This document shows positions 1-10,142 of a stretch of 47,402 nucleotides of DNA, in pieces. The translations under genes were made by a program, and so were the position numbers. Position 1 is the first letter of the stretch. Each line of letters begins with the position of its first letter. This DNA is from a virus (lineage: Duplodnaviria; Heunggongvirae; Uroviricota; Caudoviricetes): IMG/VR virus record IMGVR_UViG_2531839180_000006. The stretch is one strand, 5' to 3'. The notes under the pieces were generated by a model. That model worked only from the letters and a program-made list of their open reading frames with translations. It had not been told where the DNA came from and ran no database searches.

Positions 1-235
1 TCAATAAATCCCATCATTGCGATCAACCTCATCCTTAACCATTGATGCGAGCAGTTCTTCCAGTTTCTGCGCTGACAGCTTTACCTGGTGATCTTCAGCA
101 TCTTCCCGGGCTATTGTGGTTCGCGCAGTGGCTGATTTTGCTGACATCACCACAGGGGGCAGACGGACCATTGAACCAGGGCCTCCGGAACAAATAAGGG
201 CAAAAATAACAACCACTATCGAAAGCTCACAAACT

Positions 236-406
236 AACCGCAGCACGTTCCTGCATACGACGTGTCTGCGGCATAATCCCAATGATTACTCCCTGACAGG
301 ATTTGCAGGCCACTCAATATCAGGTGCAGTTGATGTATCAACACGATTCAACAATACCCGATATTTATTCCATGCCTCCAGCAACGATCTTTCTTCCTCC
401 GTTGCG
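236..406. repeat. Direct repeat copy 1 (~170 bp): 3' end of tfa plus a hairpin; ~85-90% identical to 1286..1456
   Basis: By-eye alignment of 236-406 with 1286-1456 (shared 'ccgcagcacgttc...cataatcccaatgattactccctgacagg...'). Confidence 0.8.
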
Positions 407-555
407 ATTTCCAGATCTACAGCATCCTGCAGTGGCGCAATATACTCACTGAATTCCTGGATGTAGAACTGTGTGGTGACGGTCTTCCAGCCATTCGGCT
501 CCTGCTGTATCGAAGCATACCAGGCTATTTCAATATCGCTATGCTGCGGCAGCAT
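286..555 (-). CDS. tfa: Tail fiber assembly protein (Tfa) homolog, C-terminal half only (89 aa); possibly a truncated remnant
   Basis: C-terminus '[46 protein letters not shown]' matches lambda Tfa C-terminus; SD AAGGGG before ATG; N-terminal half of a full Tfa is missing. Confidence 0.65.
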   Translation of the reverse strand: MLPQHSDIEIAWYASIQQEPNGWKTVTTQFYIQEFSEYIAPLQDAVDLEIATEEERSLLEAWNKYRVLLNRVDTSTAPDIEWPANPVRE

Positions 556-623
556 TTAACCCCTTGTAATTCATCGCCATAATTGATTTAATTCACAAAT
601 AAAACTATAACATGGTGAAATTA

Positions 624-1280
624 ATGAAAAAAAACACAGATGATGGGGCTAAAATTTACACACCACTTACCCTAAAGCTTTATGACTGGTGGGTTTTGGG
701 AGTATCAAATCGGCTTGCATGGGGATGTCCTACAAAGGAACACCTTCTTCCACACTTTCTGGAACATTTAGGTAACAACCATCTGGATATTGGTGTTGGA
801 ACTGGGTTTTACCTTACTCACGTACCTGAGAGTAGTCTGATATCTTTAATGGATTTGAACGAAGCTAGCCTGAACGCGGCATCTACAAGGGCTGGGGAAT
901 CAAAAATTAAACATAAAATTAGCCATGATGTTTTTGAACCTTATCCCGCGACGTTACATGGTCAATTTGATTCCATTTCCATGTTTTACCTTCTTCACTG
1001 CCTGCCTGGAAATATATCTACAAAAAGCTGTGTAATACGCAATGCGGCGCAGGCCTTAACTGACGATGGAACTCTATACGGAGCCACAATTCTTGGCGAT
1101 GGAGTTGTGCACAATAGCTTCGGTCAAAAACTGATGCGCATTTACAATCAGAAAGGCATCTTTTCAAACACAAAAGATTCCGAAGAAGGCTTAACACATA
1201 TACTCTCAGAGCATTTCGAGAATGTTAAAACCAAGGTTCAAGGTACTGTAGTAATGTTTTCCGCTTCAGGGAAAAAATAG
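624..1280 (+). CDS. Class I SAM-dependent methyltransferase (cargo gene; alternative start at 612)
   Basis: Motif I 'LDIGVGTG' in a Rossmann-like context; AT-rich relative to flanking phage genes; opposite strand to tail genes. Confidence 0.7.
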   Translation: MKKNTDDGAKIYTPLTLKLYDWWVLGVSNRLAWGCPTKEHLLPHFLEHLGNNHLDIGVGTGFYLTHVPESSLISLMDLNEASLNAASTRAGESKIKHKISHDVFEPYPATLHGQFDSISMFYLLHCLPGNISTKSCVIRNAAQALTDDGTLYGATILGDGVVHNSFGQKLMRIYNQKGIFSNTKDSEEGLTHILSEHFENVKTKVQGTVVMFSASGKK

Positions 1281-1285
1281 CATCC

Positions 1286-1456
1286 AACCGCAGCACGTTC
1301 TTGCTTAAGACGTGCTGCGGCATAATCCCAATGATTACTCCCTGACAGGGTTCACAGGCCACTCAATATCAGGTGCAGTTGATGTATCAACACGGTTCAG
1401 CAACACCCGATACTTTTTCCAGGCTTCCCGCAACGAGGTTTCTTCCTCCGTTGCAT
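1286..1456. repeat. Direct repeat copy 2 (tfa 3' end plus hairpin)
   Basis: Near-identical to 236-406 in the same orientation. Confidence 0.8.
1288..1320. terminator. Hairpin (11-bp perfect stem CCGCAGCACGT/ACGTGCTGCGG) between convergent methyltransferase and tfa fragment; possible bidirectional terminator
   Basis: Perfect inverted repeat read directly; T6 run on minus strand ~10 nt downstream. Confidence 0.4.
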
Positions 1457-1463
1457 ATACAGC
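1335..1463 (-). pseudogene. tfa 3' fragment (42 codons of Tfa C-terminus, preceded by in-frame stop, no start codon)
   Basis: Minus-strand translation gives '...[37 protein letters not shown]' bounded upstream by TGA at 1464-1466. Confidence 0.6.
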
Positions 1464-1790
1464 TCACCTTTTTTCACCCACGATTAACCAACAGCCAGAC
1501 CAGCAGACACGCCACCACCGGCACAGCAAAATCCATCAGGCTTGCCACATCCCACACGCGTGGATCAAAACCGCCCCACCACGGCATATTCATACGCTTG
1601 CCATGTCCGAACATTTCAATCCAGCGATATTATGCCTGGGGTGTTCAAGCGCAATGAAGTACGTATTGTATCTTCGCGATTTTTTATAGGCTAATTGACG
1701 CGCAATTCTGAGCGGGGAGCGCACAATCAAACAGCACAGAATGGATCGCTGATATTTATCCTTTTGTCGGTTTATCAAACAACAAGAGAG

Positions 1791-3620
1791 TCAATAGCGG
1801 ATTGTCCCTACATCCATTTCTGGCGAATCCACTAACCAGAAATTATCTGGCTTTACAGCCAGAATGATCCAGGCAGTGTTTGTTGTTGATGACCAGGAAG
1901 GCAGCACATCGTATGCCGGGTCATCGCAAGAATCACGATAACCGTACTCATTAAAAAGTGGAGCCATTGCTGCCACAAGATTCACCGCATTCAGCTCATT
2001 ACCCAGCTTGCGCTCAAAAAGTGCCACACCTGCCGTTCCTTCCACCCACACGCCACGGCTGTGACCACTATAACCATAATCAGGGTGGTACGGTGTGTAA
2101 CCCGTGGTTTCCCTCGTACCAAATAAAAAACGCCCCATATATTTTCGGCACTTAGCCGCTTTCTCAGCATCAATATTGGCAACAAACAATCCGCCCCAGG
2201 AAGACTGATCCAGCGCCGCTGCGTTGTCATAGTGGGTTGAATGAACCCCCTGTCGAAATCGGCCTTCATCTTCCACCCACAGACCTCTGATGATGCTCTT
2301 TGCCAGCCTGTCAGCCCGCTCACTGAAACCGTCAAATCCCAGCCGTCCCATCAGTTCAAACAAAAACCAGATATCAACGTTATGCTCCAGTGCGCACCAT
2401 TCGGCGACAAAAGTTTCATCAAAATTGCCGTCCACATAACGCCCCTGCCCCCCTTTATACAGGCCTTCACGCAGGTCGCCTGGTGTGCTCACCAGAAAAG
2501 TATCCAGCCAGGCAATGCCTGCCAATAGCTTTTCTCTGACCCGCGCAGTCTGAGTACCGTCCGGATACTTCTCCAGATAGAAAGCAAGAGCATAATAAAC
2601 CCATGCCGCATTGCCCAAGCGGTAATAGGTACGCGGTGACATGGCAGACAGCCTGTTAACAAAAAACTTTACTCCACCGTTTTCATCAACAAGCGCACAC
2701 AAGCCCGCAACGTATCTTTCTACAGCCTCATGTCGCTGAACCATCAACGCCAGTGCTGCCAGCGCCTGGTCATACGTGTAACACCGATCTTTCATCACCC
2801 TGATCACTTCGGGGTCTGCGTCCTCCGGCATCCAGTAGCTACGAATGAGCAGTGGAAACTCCAGCGTTGTGATCCACGCATTATCCTCAATCCGAATAAG
2901 ACGAAACTGTTTTGCTCCCGTCCAGCAACGTCTGAAATAGAAAGTTCCGTCACTATTCAAATTAGCGTCGCCGTTAAAATACTCTCCGGTTGTATAAGCA
3001 TACATATCGACTTTATACTTTTCAGGTTCAGGAATATCGCAATATCCGTTAACTGCACCGACATAATTAAAATCGATATTTTCTTTTATTTTTAAAGATA
3101 TTGATGTATTAACAACCTCGGGTTGTTCCAGTTTTAACATTGCAGTAGTGCAACGACTCACGATGTCGTCAAAGTTCTCAAAGCGCAAACCGGGAAAACT
3201 ATCGGCTATTCCCTGCATTTCAGACAGTAACGCTTCTGCCCTTTTTGTCGCTGATATTGCCACATCTGCACTTCGTTGCGCCTGACTTGTCAAATCTTCA
3301 AATCGTTTCACCACATCTGGCTTCAGGTCGCCTTCGTCGGGGGCAGTCAGAAAATCATTCAGCGTACCTGGTCTGGAACCTTCATAAACGGTAATGGTCC
3401 CGGCATGTGAAGGCGGAAAACCTTCAACCAACAGGGTGACGCTGTACTGACCATACTCAACATCCATGCTGTAACGTCCAGCTTCATCCGGATTTTCTGA
3501 GGCCACCGTGTTCACCACAACCGTTGTGCTGTTACGTTTTGCCTTCAGTTGAATAGTGCAGTTCTGTATTGGTTTTCCCGCACCATCTTTCAGCACACCT
3601 GAGATTTTTACTGCTGCCAT
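1791..3620 (-). CDS. stf: Side tail fiber protein: lambda Stf-like N-terminal anchor (~90 aa) fused to a large non-lambda C-terminal domain
   Basis: N-terminus 'MAAVKISGVLKDGAGKPIQNCTIQLKAKRNSTTVVVNTV...GTLNDFL' matches lambda Stf N-terminus; the remainder lacks lambda Stf Ala/Ser-rich repeats. Confidence 0.8.
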   Translation of the reverse strand: MAAVKISGVLKDGAGKPIQNCTIQLKAKRNSTTVVVNTVASENPDEAGRYSMDVEYGQYSVTLLVEGFPPSHAGTITVYEGSRPGTLNDFLTAPDEGDLKPDVVKRFEDLTSQAQRSADVAISATKRAEALLSEMQGIADSFPGLRFENFDDIVSRCTTAMLKLEQPEVVNTSISLKIKENIDFNYVGAVNGYCDIPEPEKYKVDMYAYTTGEYFNGDANLNSDGTFYFRRCWTGAKQFRLIRIEDNAWITTLEFPLLIRSYWMPEDADPEVIRVMKDRCYTYDQALAALALMVQRHEAVERYVAGLCALVDENGGVKFFVNRLSAMSPRTYYRLGNAAWVYYALAFYLEKYPDGTQTARVREKLLAGIAWLDTFLVSTPGDLREGLYKGGQGRYVDGNFDETFVAEWCALEHNVDIWFLFELMGRLGFDGFSERADRLAKSIIRGLWVEDEGRFRQGVHSTHYDNAAALDQSSWGGLFVANIDAEKAAKCRKYMGRFLFGTRETTGYTPYHPDYGYSGHSRGVWVEGTAGVALFERKLGNELNAVNLVAAMAPLFNEYGYRDSCDDPAYDVLPSWSSTTNTAWIILAVKPDNFWLVDSPEMDVGTIRY

Positions 3621-3637
3621 ATCCACCCCACAAAAAA

Positions 3638-3657
3638 GCCCGCCAGAATATGCGGGC
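3638..3657 (-). terminator. Intrinsic terminator-like hairpin downstream of lom (GCCCGC...GCGGGC followed by U-run on minus strand)
   Basis: Inverted repeat gcccgccagaatatgcgggc with A-run 3632-3637 on plus strand (U-run on minus transcript). Confidence 0.5.
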
Positions 3658-3674
3658 TGTCATAACACTGCTAA

Positions 3675-4274
3675 TCAGAATTTATAACCGACACCCACGA
3701 TAAAACCGTCAGTGCGCCAGTCACCACTGCCGGAGCCTTCATAAGCAATATCAATGGCCACGGATTCGGTCGGGTTAAACTGCACGCCAGCTCCCCACGC
3801 CAGAGAGGTGTTACTGTGGCGAGCGTCATCACTTCCGGTCAGCACGTCGTGCGTTTTTCCCTTGTTGTCAGTTACGCGGAGATAATCCCCGGAAAAAGTC
3901 GACACACGGCTGTAAGCCACGCCTGCCATCGCATACGCGCTGAACCATTCATTCACGCGCACAGATGGCCCCGCCATCATGCTGAACCAGCGGTTACGCA
4001 CTGAATCTTCATGCCAGCGGGTATCACTGTAACGGGTAATCTGGCGATTCTTGTCTCCGGCATAACTGAATGACGTCACCAGCCCCAGCGTGTCCGTAAA
4101 TTCATAACGGTATTTCACGTTAATGCCCTTCAGGTCATCGTTGCCGGGCATATCAGTATGGGACTGAATATACCCGGAGCTTAGTGTGGACTGATGCTCT
4201 GCTGCACTCGCTGGCGTACCAGCGGCAACCAGCCAGACTACTGCGGACAGAATAACAGCACATAATTTACGCAT
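3675..4274 (-). CDS. lom: Lom outer-membrane protein (Ail/Lom family beta-barrel)
   Basis: Signal peptide then C-terminus '[26 protein letters not shown]', as in lambda Lom; position right after J. Confidence 0.9.
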   Translation of the reverse strand: MRKLCAVILSAVVWLVAAGTPASAAEHQSTLSSGYIQSHTDMPGNDDLKGINVKYRYEFTDTLGLVTSFSYAGDKNRQITRYSDTRWHEDSVRNRWFSMMAGPSVRVNEWFSAYAMAGVAYSRVSTFSGDYLRVTDNKGKTHDVLTGSDDARHSNTSLAWGAGVQFNPTESVAIDIAYEGSGSGDWRTDGFIVGVGYKF

Positions 4275-4298
4275 AATTACCTCTCGCTTTTCTGCAAT

Positions 4299-4322
4299 AA
4301 AAAAGGCGCCATTTCTGGCGCC
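4299..4322 (-). terminator. Intrinsic terminator-like hairpin downstream of J (GGCGCC-ATTTCT-GGCGCC + U-run on minus)
   Basis: Perfect 6-bp GC stem with A6 run on plus strand immediately 5' (U-run after hairpin on minus transcript). Confidence 0.5.
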
Positions 4323-4341
4323 CGTATCTGGGTTATAAAAT

Positions 4342-7300
4342 TCAGCTAATCGTGATGCCTGCAGTGGCTTTCTTCATCACAACAACCAGCAAATCGCTGA
4401 TACTTGCTGTGGGATACCAACCATTTACCCACCATGCTGATACAGAAAACTCCAGTGTCATTACGCCACTGCCTGCAGGCATATCAATAACACCCGTGTA
4501 TATCAGCGTATTATCCAGAGCCGTTCGGTTATAAATTTCAGCCCCGTTTTTCTTCACTATCAGGCGGCATGACGAATAAGTATCGCTATTCTCCCGCTCA
4601 TGTCTGGCACCGCTGAAAGCCACCGCAGGAATAACAATTTGCCGGTCAAACGGCTGATCGTCATAAACCCTGACGGTAATGGTCCCTGATGGCCACCGCT
4701 CCGGTGCACGGGAGTCCCGGGGGAAAGCTTTGCCCACTGTTTTAACGAGATCGCCTTCAATCTGGTTCGCGGACAGTTTTCCCAGAACCCGACAGTTCTC
4801 GTTAATCGTGACGTTGTTGAGCGTCCCTGAATTTGCATTCACATTACCGCTGATATCCGCATTTTTAGCGGTCAACTTTCCGTCCGGTGTCAGGGAAAAT
4901 GCCGGCGGATTTCCACCGCTGGTAATGGTGGGAGCCGTCAGGCGTTTCAGGAACACGTCGTTCATGAATATCTGGTTGCCCTGCGCCACAAACATCGGCG
5001 TTTCATTCCCGTTTGCCGGGTCAATAAACGCGATACGATTGGCGGCAACCAGAAACTGGCTCAGCTTGCCTTCCTCCGTGTCCTCCATGCTGAGGCCAAT
5101 ACCCGCGACATAATGTTTGCCGTCTTTGGTCTGCTCAATTTTGACGCCCCACATAGCATTCCATTTATCGTTAGCGTCCTTCCACTCTTTCGAAAACTCA
5201 TCCAGTCTGCTGGCGTTATCCTCCGTCAGGTCGACTTTTTTCAGCAGCTCTTTACCGAGATGGGATTCGGTTATCTTGCCTTTGAAAAAATCCAGGTAAC
5301 CTTCCGCATCATCGCTCGCCCGACCGACGGCCTCCACGAATGCCGATTTGCCAACGGTGTTCACACTGCGGATATAAAAGTAATAATCATGGCCCGGTTT
5401 GATATTGATACTGGCGGCTATCCAGTACAGCGCCGTACCAAGATAGCGGGCTGTGGTTTCAACCTGCCTGATATCGGTAATCCGCTTTTCCGAGAACCAG
5501 AACTCAAACTGTACCGTCGGGTCATAAACAGCAAGATGCGGCGTGGCGGTTATCTGAAAATAGCCCGGCGTCAGCTCAATCCTCGACGGTGCTGCCGGTG
5601 CGGCAATCCGGAACGATACCGATGCCGGATCGCCCTGCTGCCCCCACGCATTTACTGCCCGGACTGTCAGCCTGTAGTTCCCCAGAGCCAGTTGTGTGAA
5701 GCGGTAAGTGGTTTCCGTCGTCCGGGCCGTGCTGACCAGCCGCTCACGGCCGTCATCCGCTGCCACGGTCAGGCGAAGCAGGAAGCTCACGCCCTTCACC
5801 ACCTTCGGCGTGTCCCAGCGGGCCAGCACCTGGTATTCCCCGCTGTCTGCGGTGACTTCTGCGGTCAGGTGCTGCACCGCTGGCGGCGTGACACCATTTA
5901 CCGTGCCGCTCTGGTCGCCGTCAAAGTGCGCCCCGTTATCCACGATGGCCTCTTTTTCCGGTACATGCTGCACGGCAGTGATGGCATACGTGCCGTCGTC
6001 GTTCTCACGGATACTCACGCAGCGGAACAGGCGCTGGCGCAACGTCGGCAGCTTCAGCCCCCATACGCTGTATTCAGCAACGCCGTCAGGAACACGGCTC
6101 ACTTTCACCTTCACGCCGTCGGTGACGGACTGAACCTCCACGCTGACCGGACTCCCCTGCCCGTCAACCAGGCTTATCAGCGTGGTACCGGAGGATGGCA
6201 GCGTGATTTCACGGTCGAGCGTCAGCGTCCGGGTCTGGCTGTTCACCGCCAGCACACGACCACCGGTGCTGATACCGGCATAGTCATCATCACAGATTTC
6301 AATAACATCGCCCGGCACATGGCGAAGCCCTTCTGCGCCCACGCTGAAGTCCACGGTCTGCGTTTCCAGCAGTTCTGTTTTAATCAGCCACAGCCCGGCG
6401 CGGTGTGCCTGCCCCCGGCTGGTACAGCCAAAAGCATCCATCTTCGTGACGTTACGACCGTAACGGGCAATAGCCTGCGTATCCTCCACAAGCTCTGTCG
6501 CCGTCTCCCAGCCGTTGTTCGGGTCAATCCAGTTCACCTCAACGGCATTATGGCGGTCCTTCAGGGCGCTGAAGCTGTAGCGGAACGGCGCGCCATCATC
6601 CGGCATCACCACATTACTGCGGTTATAGGTCCACACCTTATCTGATGGTCGGTCCTGCACGAACGTCAGCGTCTGCCCGTTCCATACCGGCATACAGCGC
6701 ATCGCCGAGCAGAAATCACTGAGCACATCCCACGCCTTACGCTGCGTGGTCAGCCAGGCATTACAGGTGATGCGCGGCTCCGTGCCGCCAAAACCGTCCG
6801 GCACCGACTGGTCGCAGTACTGGCCGATGACATACAGCGCCCATTTATCCACATCTGCCGCACCAAGACGTTTCCCCATGCCGTAGCGCGGATGGGTCAG
6901 CATATCCCACATACACCAGGCCATGTTGTTGCTGTATGCCGGTTTAAACGTTCCGTCCCAGATACCGCTGTATTGCCGCGTCTGCGGGTTATAATTCGAC
7001 GGCACCTGCAGAATACGCCCGCGCAGATGATAATTACGGCTCACCTGCTGGCTGCCGAACTGCTCCGAGTCCACCTGCACGCCGAACAGTGCCGTGTTCG
7101 GGTAGCACTGTTTCACATCGATGATTTCGGTGTATGACGACCAGAGCGTTTTGTTCTGCAGCTGGTCTGTGGTGCTGTCCGGCGTCATTCTGCGCATCCG
7201 GATATTAAACGGGCGCGGCGGCAGGTTATCCACCACCACCGAGGCCAGATACTGCGAGGTGGTTTTGCCCTTAATGGTGATGTCTTTTTCCGTCACCCAG

Positions 7301-7737
7301 CCACCGTTACGTTGTATCTGAACCAGCAGACGGACTTCCGACGGATTCCGGTCCCCCTTTGAGGTGGTTTCCACCAGTGCCTGCACACCGAAGGTAAAGC
7401 GCAGTCGGTCGATGTTTGCCGACGTGATGGCGCGGGTGATCGGCGTGTCGTATTTCACTTCTGTACCGAGCACCGTCTCGGAGCCGGAGGATTCAAATCC
7501 CTCCGGCGGAGTCTGCTCCTGCTCACCAGCCAGGAACACCACCGTGACACCGGCGATGTTGGTATTCCCCTCACTGTCCAGCACCGGCGTACTGTTCAGC
7601 AGCACGCTTTTTAATCCATCCACCGGACCTTCAACCGGCCCTTCACTGATGGCATCAATCACACTCAGCAACTGCGTGGATTTCAGGTTGTCCTTCGCTT
7701 CGCGCGGGGTATGCCCCTTACTGCTGCCTTTACCCAT
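4342..7737 (-). CDS. J: Tail tip / host specificity protein J (central tail fiber)
   Basis: 1131 aa, begins '[34 protein letters not shown]' as lambda J; lambda gene order. Confidence 0.95.
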   Translation of the reverse strand: MGKGSSKGHTPREAKDNLKSTQLLSVIDAISEGPVEGPVDGLKSVLLNSTPVLDSEGNTNIAGVTVVFLAGEQEQTPPEGFESSGSETVLGTEVKYDTPITRAITSANIDRLRFTFGVQALVETTSKGDRNPSEVRLLVQIQRNGGWVTEKDITIKGKTTSQYLASVVVDNLPPRPFNIRMRRMTPDSTTDQLQNKTLWSSYTEIIDVKQCYPNTALFGVQVDSEQFGSQQVSRNYHLRGRILQVPSNYNPQTRQYSGIWDGTFKPAYSNNMAWCMWDMLTHPRYGMGKRLGAADVDKWALYVIGQYCDQSVPDGFGGTEPRITCNAWLTTQRKAWDVLSDFCSAMRCMPVWNGQTLTFVQDRPSDKVWTYNRSNVVMPDDGAPFRYSFSALKDRHNAVEVNWIDPNNGWETATELVEDTQAIARYGRNVTKMDAFGCTSRGQAHRAGLWLIKTELLETQTVDFSVGAEGLRHVPGDVIEICDDDYAGISTGGRVLAVNSQTRTLTLDREITLPSSGTTLISLVDGQGSPVSVEVQSVTDGVKVKVSRVPDGVAEYSVWGLKLPTLRQRLFRCVSIRENDDGTYAITAVQHVPEKEAIVDNGAHFDGDQSGTVNGVTPPAVQHLTAEVTADSGEYQVLARWDTPKVVKGVSFLLRLTVAADDGRERLVSTARTTETTYRFTQLALGNYRLTVRAVNAWGQQGDPASVSFRIAAPAAPSRIELTPGYFQITATPHLAVYDPTVQFEFWFSEKRITDIRQVETTARYLGTALYWIAASINIKPGHDYYFYIRSVNTVGKSAFVEAVGRASDDAEGYLDFFKGKITESHLGKELLKKVDLTEDNASRLDEFSKEWKDANDKWNAMWGVKIEQTKDGKHYVAGIGLSMEDTEEGKLSQFLVAANRIAFIDPANGNETPMFVAQGNQIFMNDVFLKRLTAPTITSGGNPPAFSLTPDGKLTAKNADISGNVNANSGTLNNVTINENCRVLGKLSANQIEGDLVKTVGKAFPRDSRAPERWPSGTITVRVYDDQPFDRQIVIPAVAFSGARHERENSDTYSSCRLIVKKNGAEIYNRTALDNTLIYTGVIDMPAGSGVMTLEFSVSAWWVNGWYPTASISDLLVVVMKKATAGITIS

Positions 7738-7796
7738 TCGTCACGCTCCATAAACGACAAAACCGCCCGCAGGCGGTTTCACATAAACGTTTTTCA

Positions 7797-8468
7797 TCAT
7801 CGACCAATCACCACAACCTGACCACCATCCCCTTCGTCTGCCGTGCTGATCTCCTGAGAGACCACCCGCGACCCCACGCGCATTTCACCGTACAGAACCG
7901 GCAGAACATTGCCCTGGGCAACCATGTTATCCAGTGAGGAGAAATAGGTGTTCTGTTTGCCGTTATCCGTTGTCTGTGTACGGGGAGTTCTGGCTTTCGG
8001 TGCCAGCATCTGCGCCACACCACCGAGCACCATACTGGCACCGAGAGAAAACAGGATGCCGGTCATACCACCGGCCCCAATGGCTGCCCCCCATGCTGCA
8101 AGGGTGGCCCCGGCGGTAAAGAATGATCCGGCAATGGCGGCAGCCCCCAGGACAATCTGGAATACGCCACCTGACTTGGCCCCGGCGACTCTGGGAACAA
8201 TATGAATCACAGCGCCATCAGGCAGAGTCTCATGTAACTGCGCCGTTAATCCGGACGTGCTGACATCCTGCCCGGCAATCCGTACCTGATACCAGCCGTC
8301 GCTCAGTTTCTGACGAAACGCCGGGAGCTGTGTGGCCAGTGCGCGGATGGCTTCAGCCCCCGTTTTCACACGAAGGTCGATGCGGCGGCCAAATCGTTGT
8401 AAATCCCCGTAAAGGCAGATGCGCGCCATGCCCGGTGACGCCAGAGGGAGTGTGTGCGTCGCTGCCAT
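7797..8468 (-). CDS. I: Tail assembly protein I
   Basis: 223 aa, lambda I-like with ubiquitin-like N-terminus and Gly/Ala-rich hydrophobic C-terminus; synteny. Confidence 0.9.
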   Translation of the reverse strand: MAATHTLPLASPGMARICLYGDLQRFGRRIDLRVKTGAEAIRALATQLPAFRQKLSDGWYQVRIAGQDVSTSGLTAQLHETLPDGAVIHIVPRVAGAKSGGVFQIVLGAAAIAGSFFTAGATLAAWGAAIGAGGMTGILFSLGASMVLGGVAQMLAPKARTPRTQTTDNGKQNTYFSSLDNMVAQGNVLPVLYGEMRVGSRVVSQEISTADEGDGGQVVVIGR

Positions 8469-9109
8469 TTGTCGGTGTACCTCTCTCGTTTGCTCAGTTG
8501 TTCAGGAATATGGTGCAGCAGCTCGCCGTCACCGCAGTAAATTGCGGCGTGATTCGGCACTGATGAACCAAAACAGCACAGCAGCACATCGCCCGGCTGT
8601 GCCGCTGACAACGGCACCTGATACAGCCCCGTCGCCTCCAGATTATCCAGATAGAGATTCTGGCCGTTACGCCACCAGTCATCCTCACGATAAAAGTCCG
8701 GCATCTCAATCCCCGCCAGATGATAAGCATCCCGGAACAGTGTGTAACAGTCCGTCACACCGTGCTCAAAGCGCCGCCCGGTGAGATGCGGCACACAGCG
8801 GAACTTATGAATCGTCCCCCGGCAGACCAGCCACCACGGCAAATCACTCTGCACCTGCAGCCGCCGGTCGGCCTCACTCAGCCAGGGCAGACCACCGGGG
8901 TGGCTGTGGACCAGCGCCACAATCTCACCCTGCATTTCTGCCTGCAGCCAGTCTTCCGGCGACATACGGAAATACGCCTCCGGCTCACCGGAGATATTCA
9001 CGCAGGGGAAATATCTTTCCCCCTCCGGCGTGCTTACCACGAAGCCGCACGACTCCGCTGGCGCACATCGCCGGGCGTGCGCCAGAATCGCTGATTCTGT
9101 CTGTGTCAT
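8366..9109 (-). CDS. K: Tail assembly protein K (JAB/MPN + NlpC/P60-like)
   Basis: JAMM motif 'HSHPGG...SEAD'; overlaps I as in lambda; synteny. Confidence 0.9.
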   Translation of the reverse strand: MTQTESAILAHARRCAPAESCGFVVSTPEGERYFPCVNISGEPEAYFRMSPEDWLQAEMQGEIVALVHSHPGGLPWLSEADRRLQVQSDLPWWLVCRGTIHKFRCVPHLTGRRFEHGVTDCYTLFRDAYHLAGIEMPDFYREDDWWRNGQNLYLDNLEATGLYQVPLSAAQPGDVLLCCFGSSVPNHAAIYCGDGELLHHIPEQLSKRERYTDKWQRRTHSLWRHRAWRASAFTGIYNDLAAASTFV

Positions 9110-9114
9110 GGGAT

Positions 9115-9813
9115 TTACTGCGAAAGTTTGTTAATGGAAAGGAAGCCGCCAAAGTTGCCGACGTTATTGCGGAACTTACAACCGCTCAGGCATTTGCTGC
9201 ATTTATCCTTCGTGATATCGGACGTTGGCTGGTCATATTCATCCGCGACAGCCGGACCGCTATAACCGCACTCGTCACCGCGATAGGTCCAGGTGCAGGT
9301 GTTGGCCAGCATGATACGTCCCGGAAAAACAGCGCCATCCGTTTCCGTCGGCGTGGACAGTACAAAAGAGGCACTCACCGCGCTCAGTTCGCTGCACTGC
9401 TCAATGCGCCAGCGGCTGATCACCTCCTGCTCCGGATCGGCGCCACTGTTTCCGTTGACGAAGTTCACCGCATCCAGAAAACGGGCGTAAACCTTACGCC
9501 GGACCACCGTTCCACCGACCAGACTCTGCAGATCTTCCGCCATCCCGGTGACCATACCGTACAGGTTAGAAACCGTCAGTGTGGGGCGCGTACTGGTGCC
9601 TTTGCCATTCAGTTCAAAACCACTCCCCTGAATGGGATACGGCTGATACTGTCGCCCCTGCCAGGTGACCGGCTCACCTTTTTCGTTCTGCTCATTACAG
9701 AAAAAATAACGTTCTCCACCGACCTCTGTCAGGTCGATTTCCCAGAGCACCACGCTGGCCGACTGCTCCGCACGGGTGCATTCATTCAGTGTTTCCTGCC
9801 GGATATCCTGCAT
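9115..9813 (-). CDS. L: Minor tail protein L
   Basis: 232 aa, lambda L-like with C-terminal Cys cluster (CSKCLSGC); synteny. Confidence 0.9.
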   Translation of the reverse strand: MQDIRQETLNECTRAEQSASVVLWEIDLTEVGGERYFFCNEQNEKGEPVTWQGRQYQPYPIQGSGFELNGKGTSTRPTLTVSNLYGMVTGMAEDLQSLVGGTVVRRKVYARFLDAVNFVNGNSGADPEQEVISRWRIEQCSELSAVSASFVLSTPTETDGAVFPGRIMLANTCTWTYRGDECGYSGPAVADEYDQPTSDITKDKCSKCLSGCKFRNNVGNFGGFLSINKLSQ

Positions 9814-10142
9814 CAGTTCACCACCTGTTCAAACTCTGCGCTGAACTCAACACGCAGCATACTGACCCGCGACGACCATTTTGCGCAGGTCACCTTTATC
9901 TGCCGCCACTCATAAGGCGGCGTCCACAGAAAGGCTTTCCAGCCCCCGTGCTCAGCCAGAAACGACTCCAGCGCCGTGGCCTCCCAACGGGGAACAGAAA
10001 GCGTCACGCTGTACGTTTTCAGGTCGGCATTCAGCCCGGCAGGCGCTCGCTGGGAATAGCCATCACCAAAGCGCACTTTCCTGACGGAAGGGGCCGAAGC
10101 CACATCCATACCGGGTTTCACTTTCCAGCGGAAGGTCTTCAT
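9813..10142 (-). CDS. M: Minor tail protein M
   Basis: 109 aa, lambda M-like; synteny between H and L. Confidence 0.9.
   Translation of the reverse strand: MKTFRWKVKPGMDVASAPSVRKVRFGDGYSQRAPAGLNADLKTYSVTLSVPRWEATALESFLAEHGGWKAFLWTPPYEWRQIKVTCAKWSSRVSMLRVEFSAEFEQVVN

Noticed and set aside
1-147. 48-aa minus-strand ORF at the window edge (MSAKSATARTTIAREDAEDHQVKLSAQKLEELLASMVKDEVDRNDGIY)
   Set aside because: Weak SD and no recognisable homology; could be real but the evidence is insufficient to call it.
116-466. Plus-strand ORFs 116..466, 1312..1689 and 1373..1657 across the tfa repeats
   Set aside because: They lie antisense to the Tfa-homologous reading frames within the direct repeats and have no RBS or protein-like composition.
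5113-6645. 510-aa plus-strand ORF (and several shorter ones) inside the J gene
   Set aside because: Antisense to a well-supported, lambda-homologous J coding sequence; long antisense ORFs are common in GC-rich genes, and the product is low-complexity and Arg/Pro/Ala-rich.
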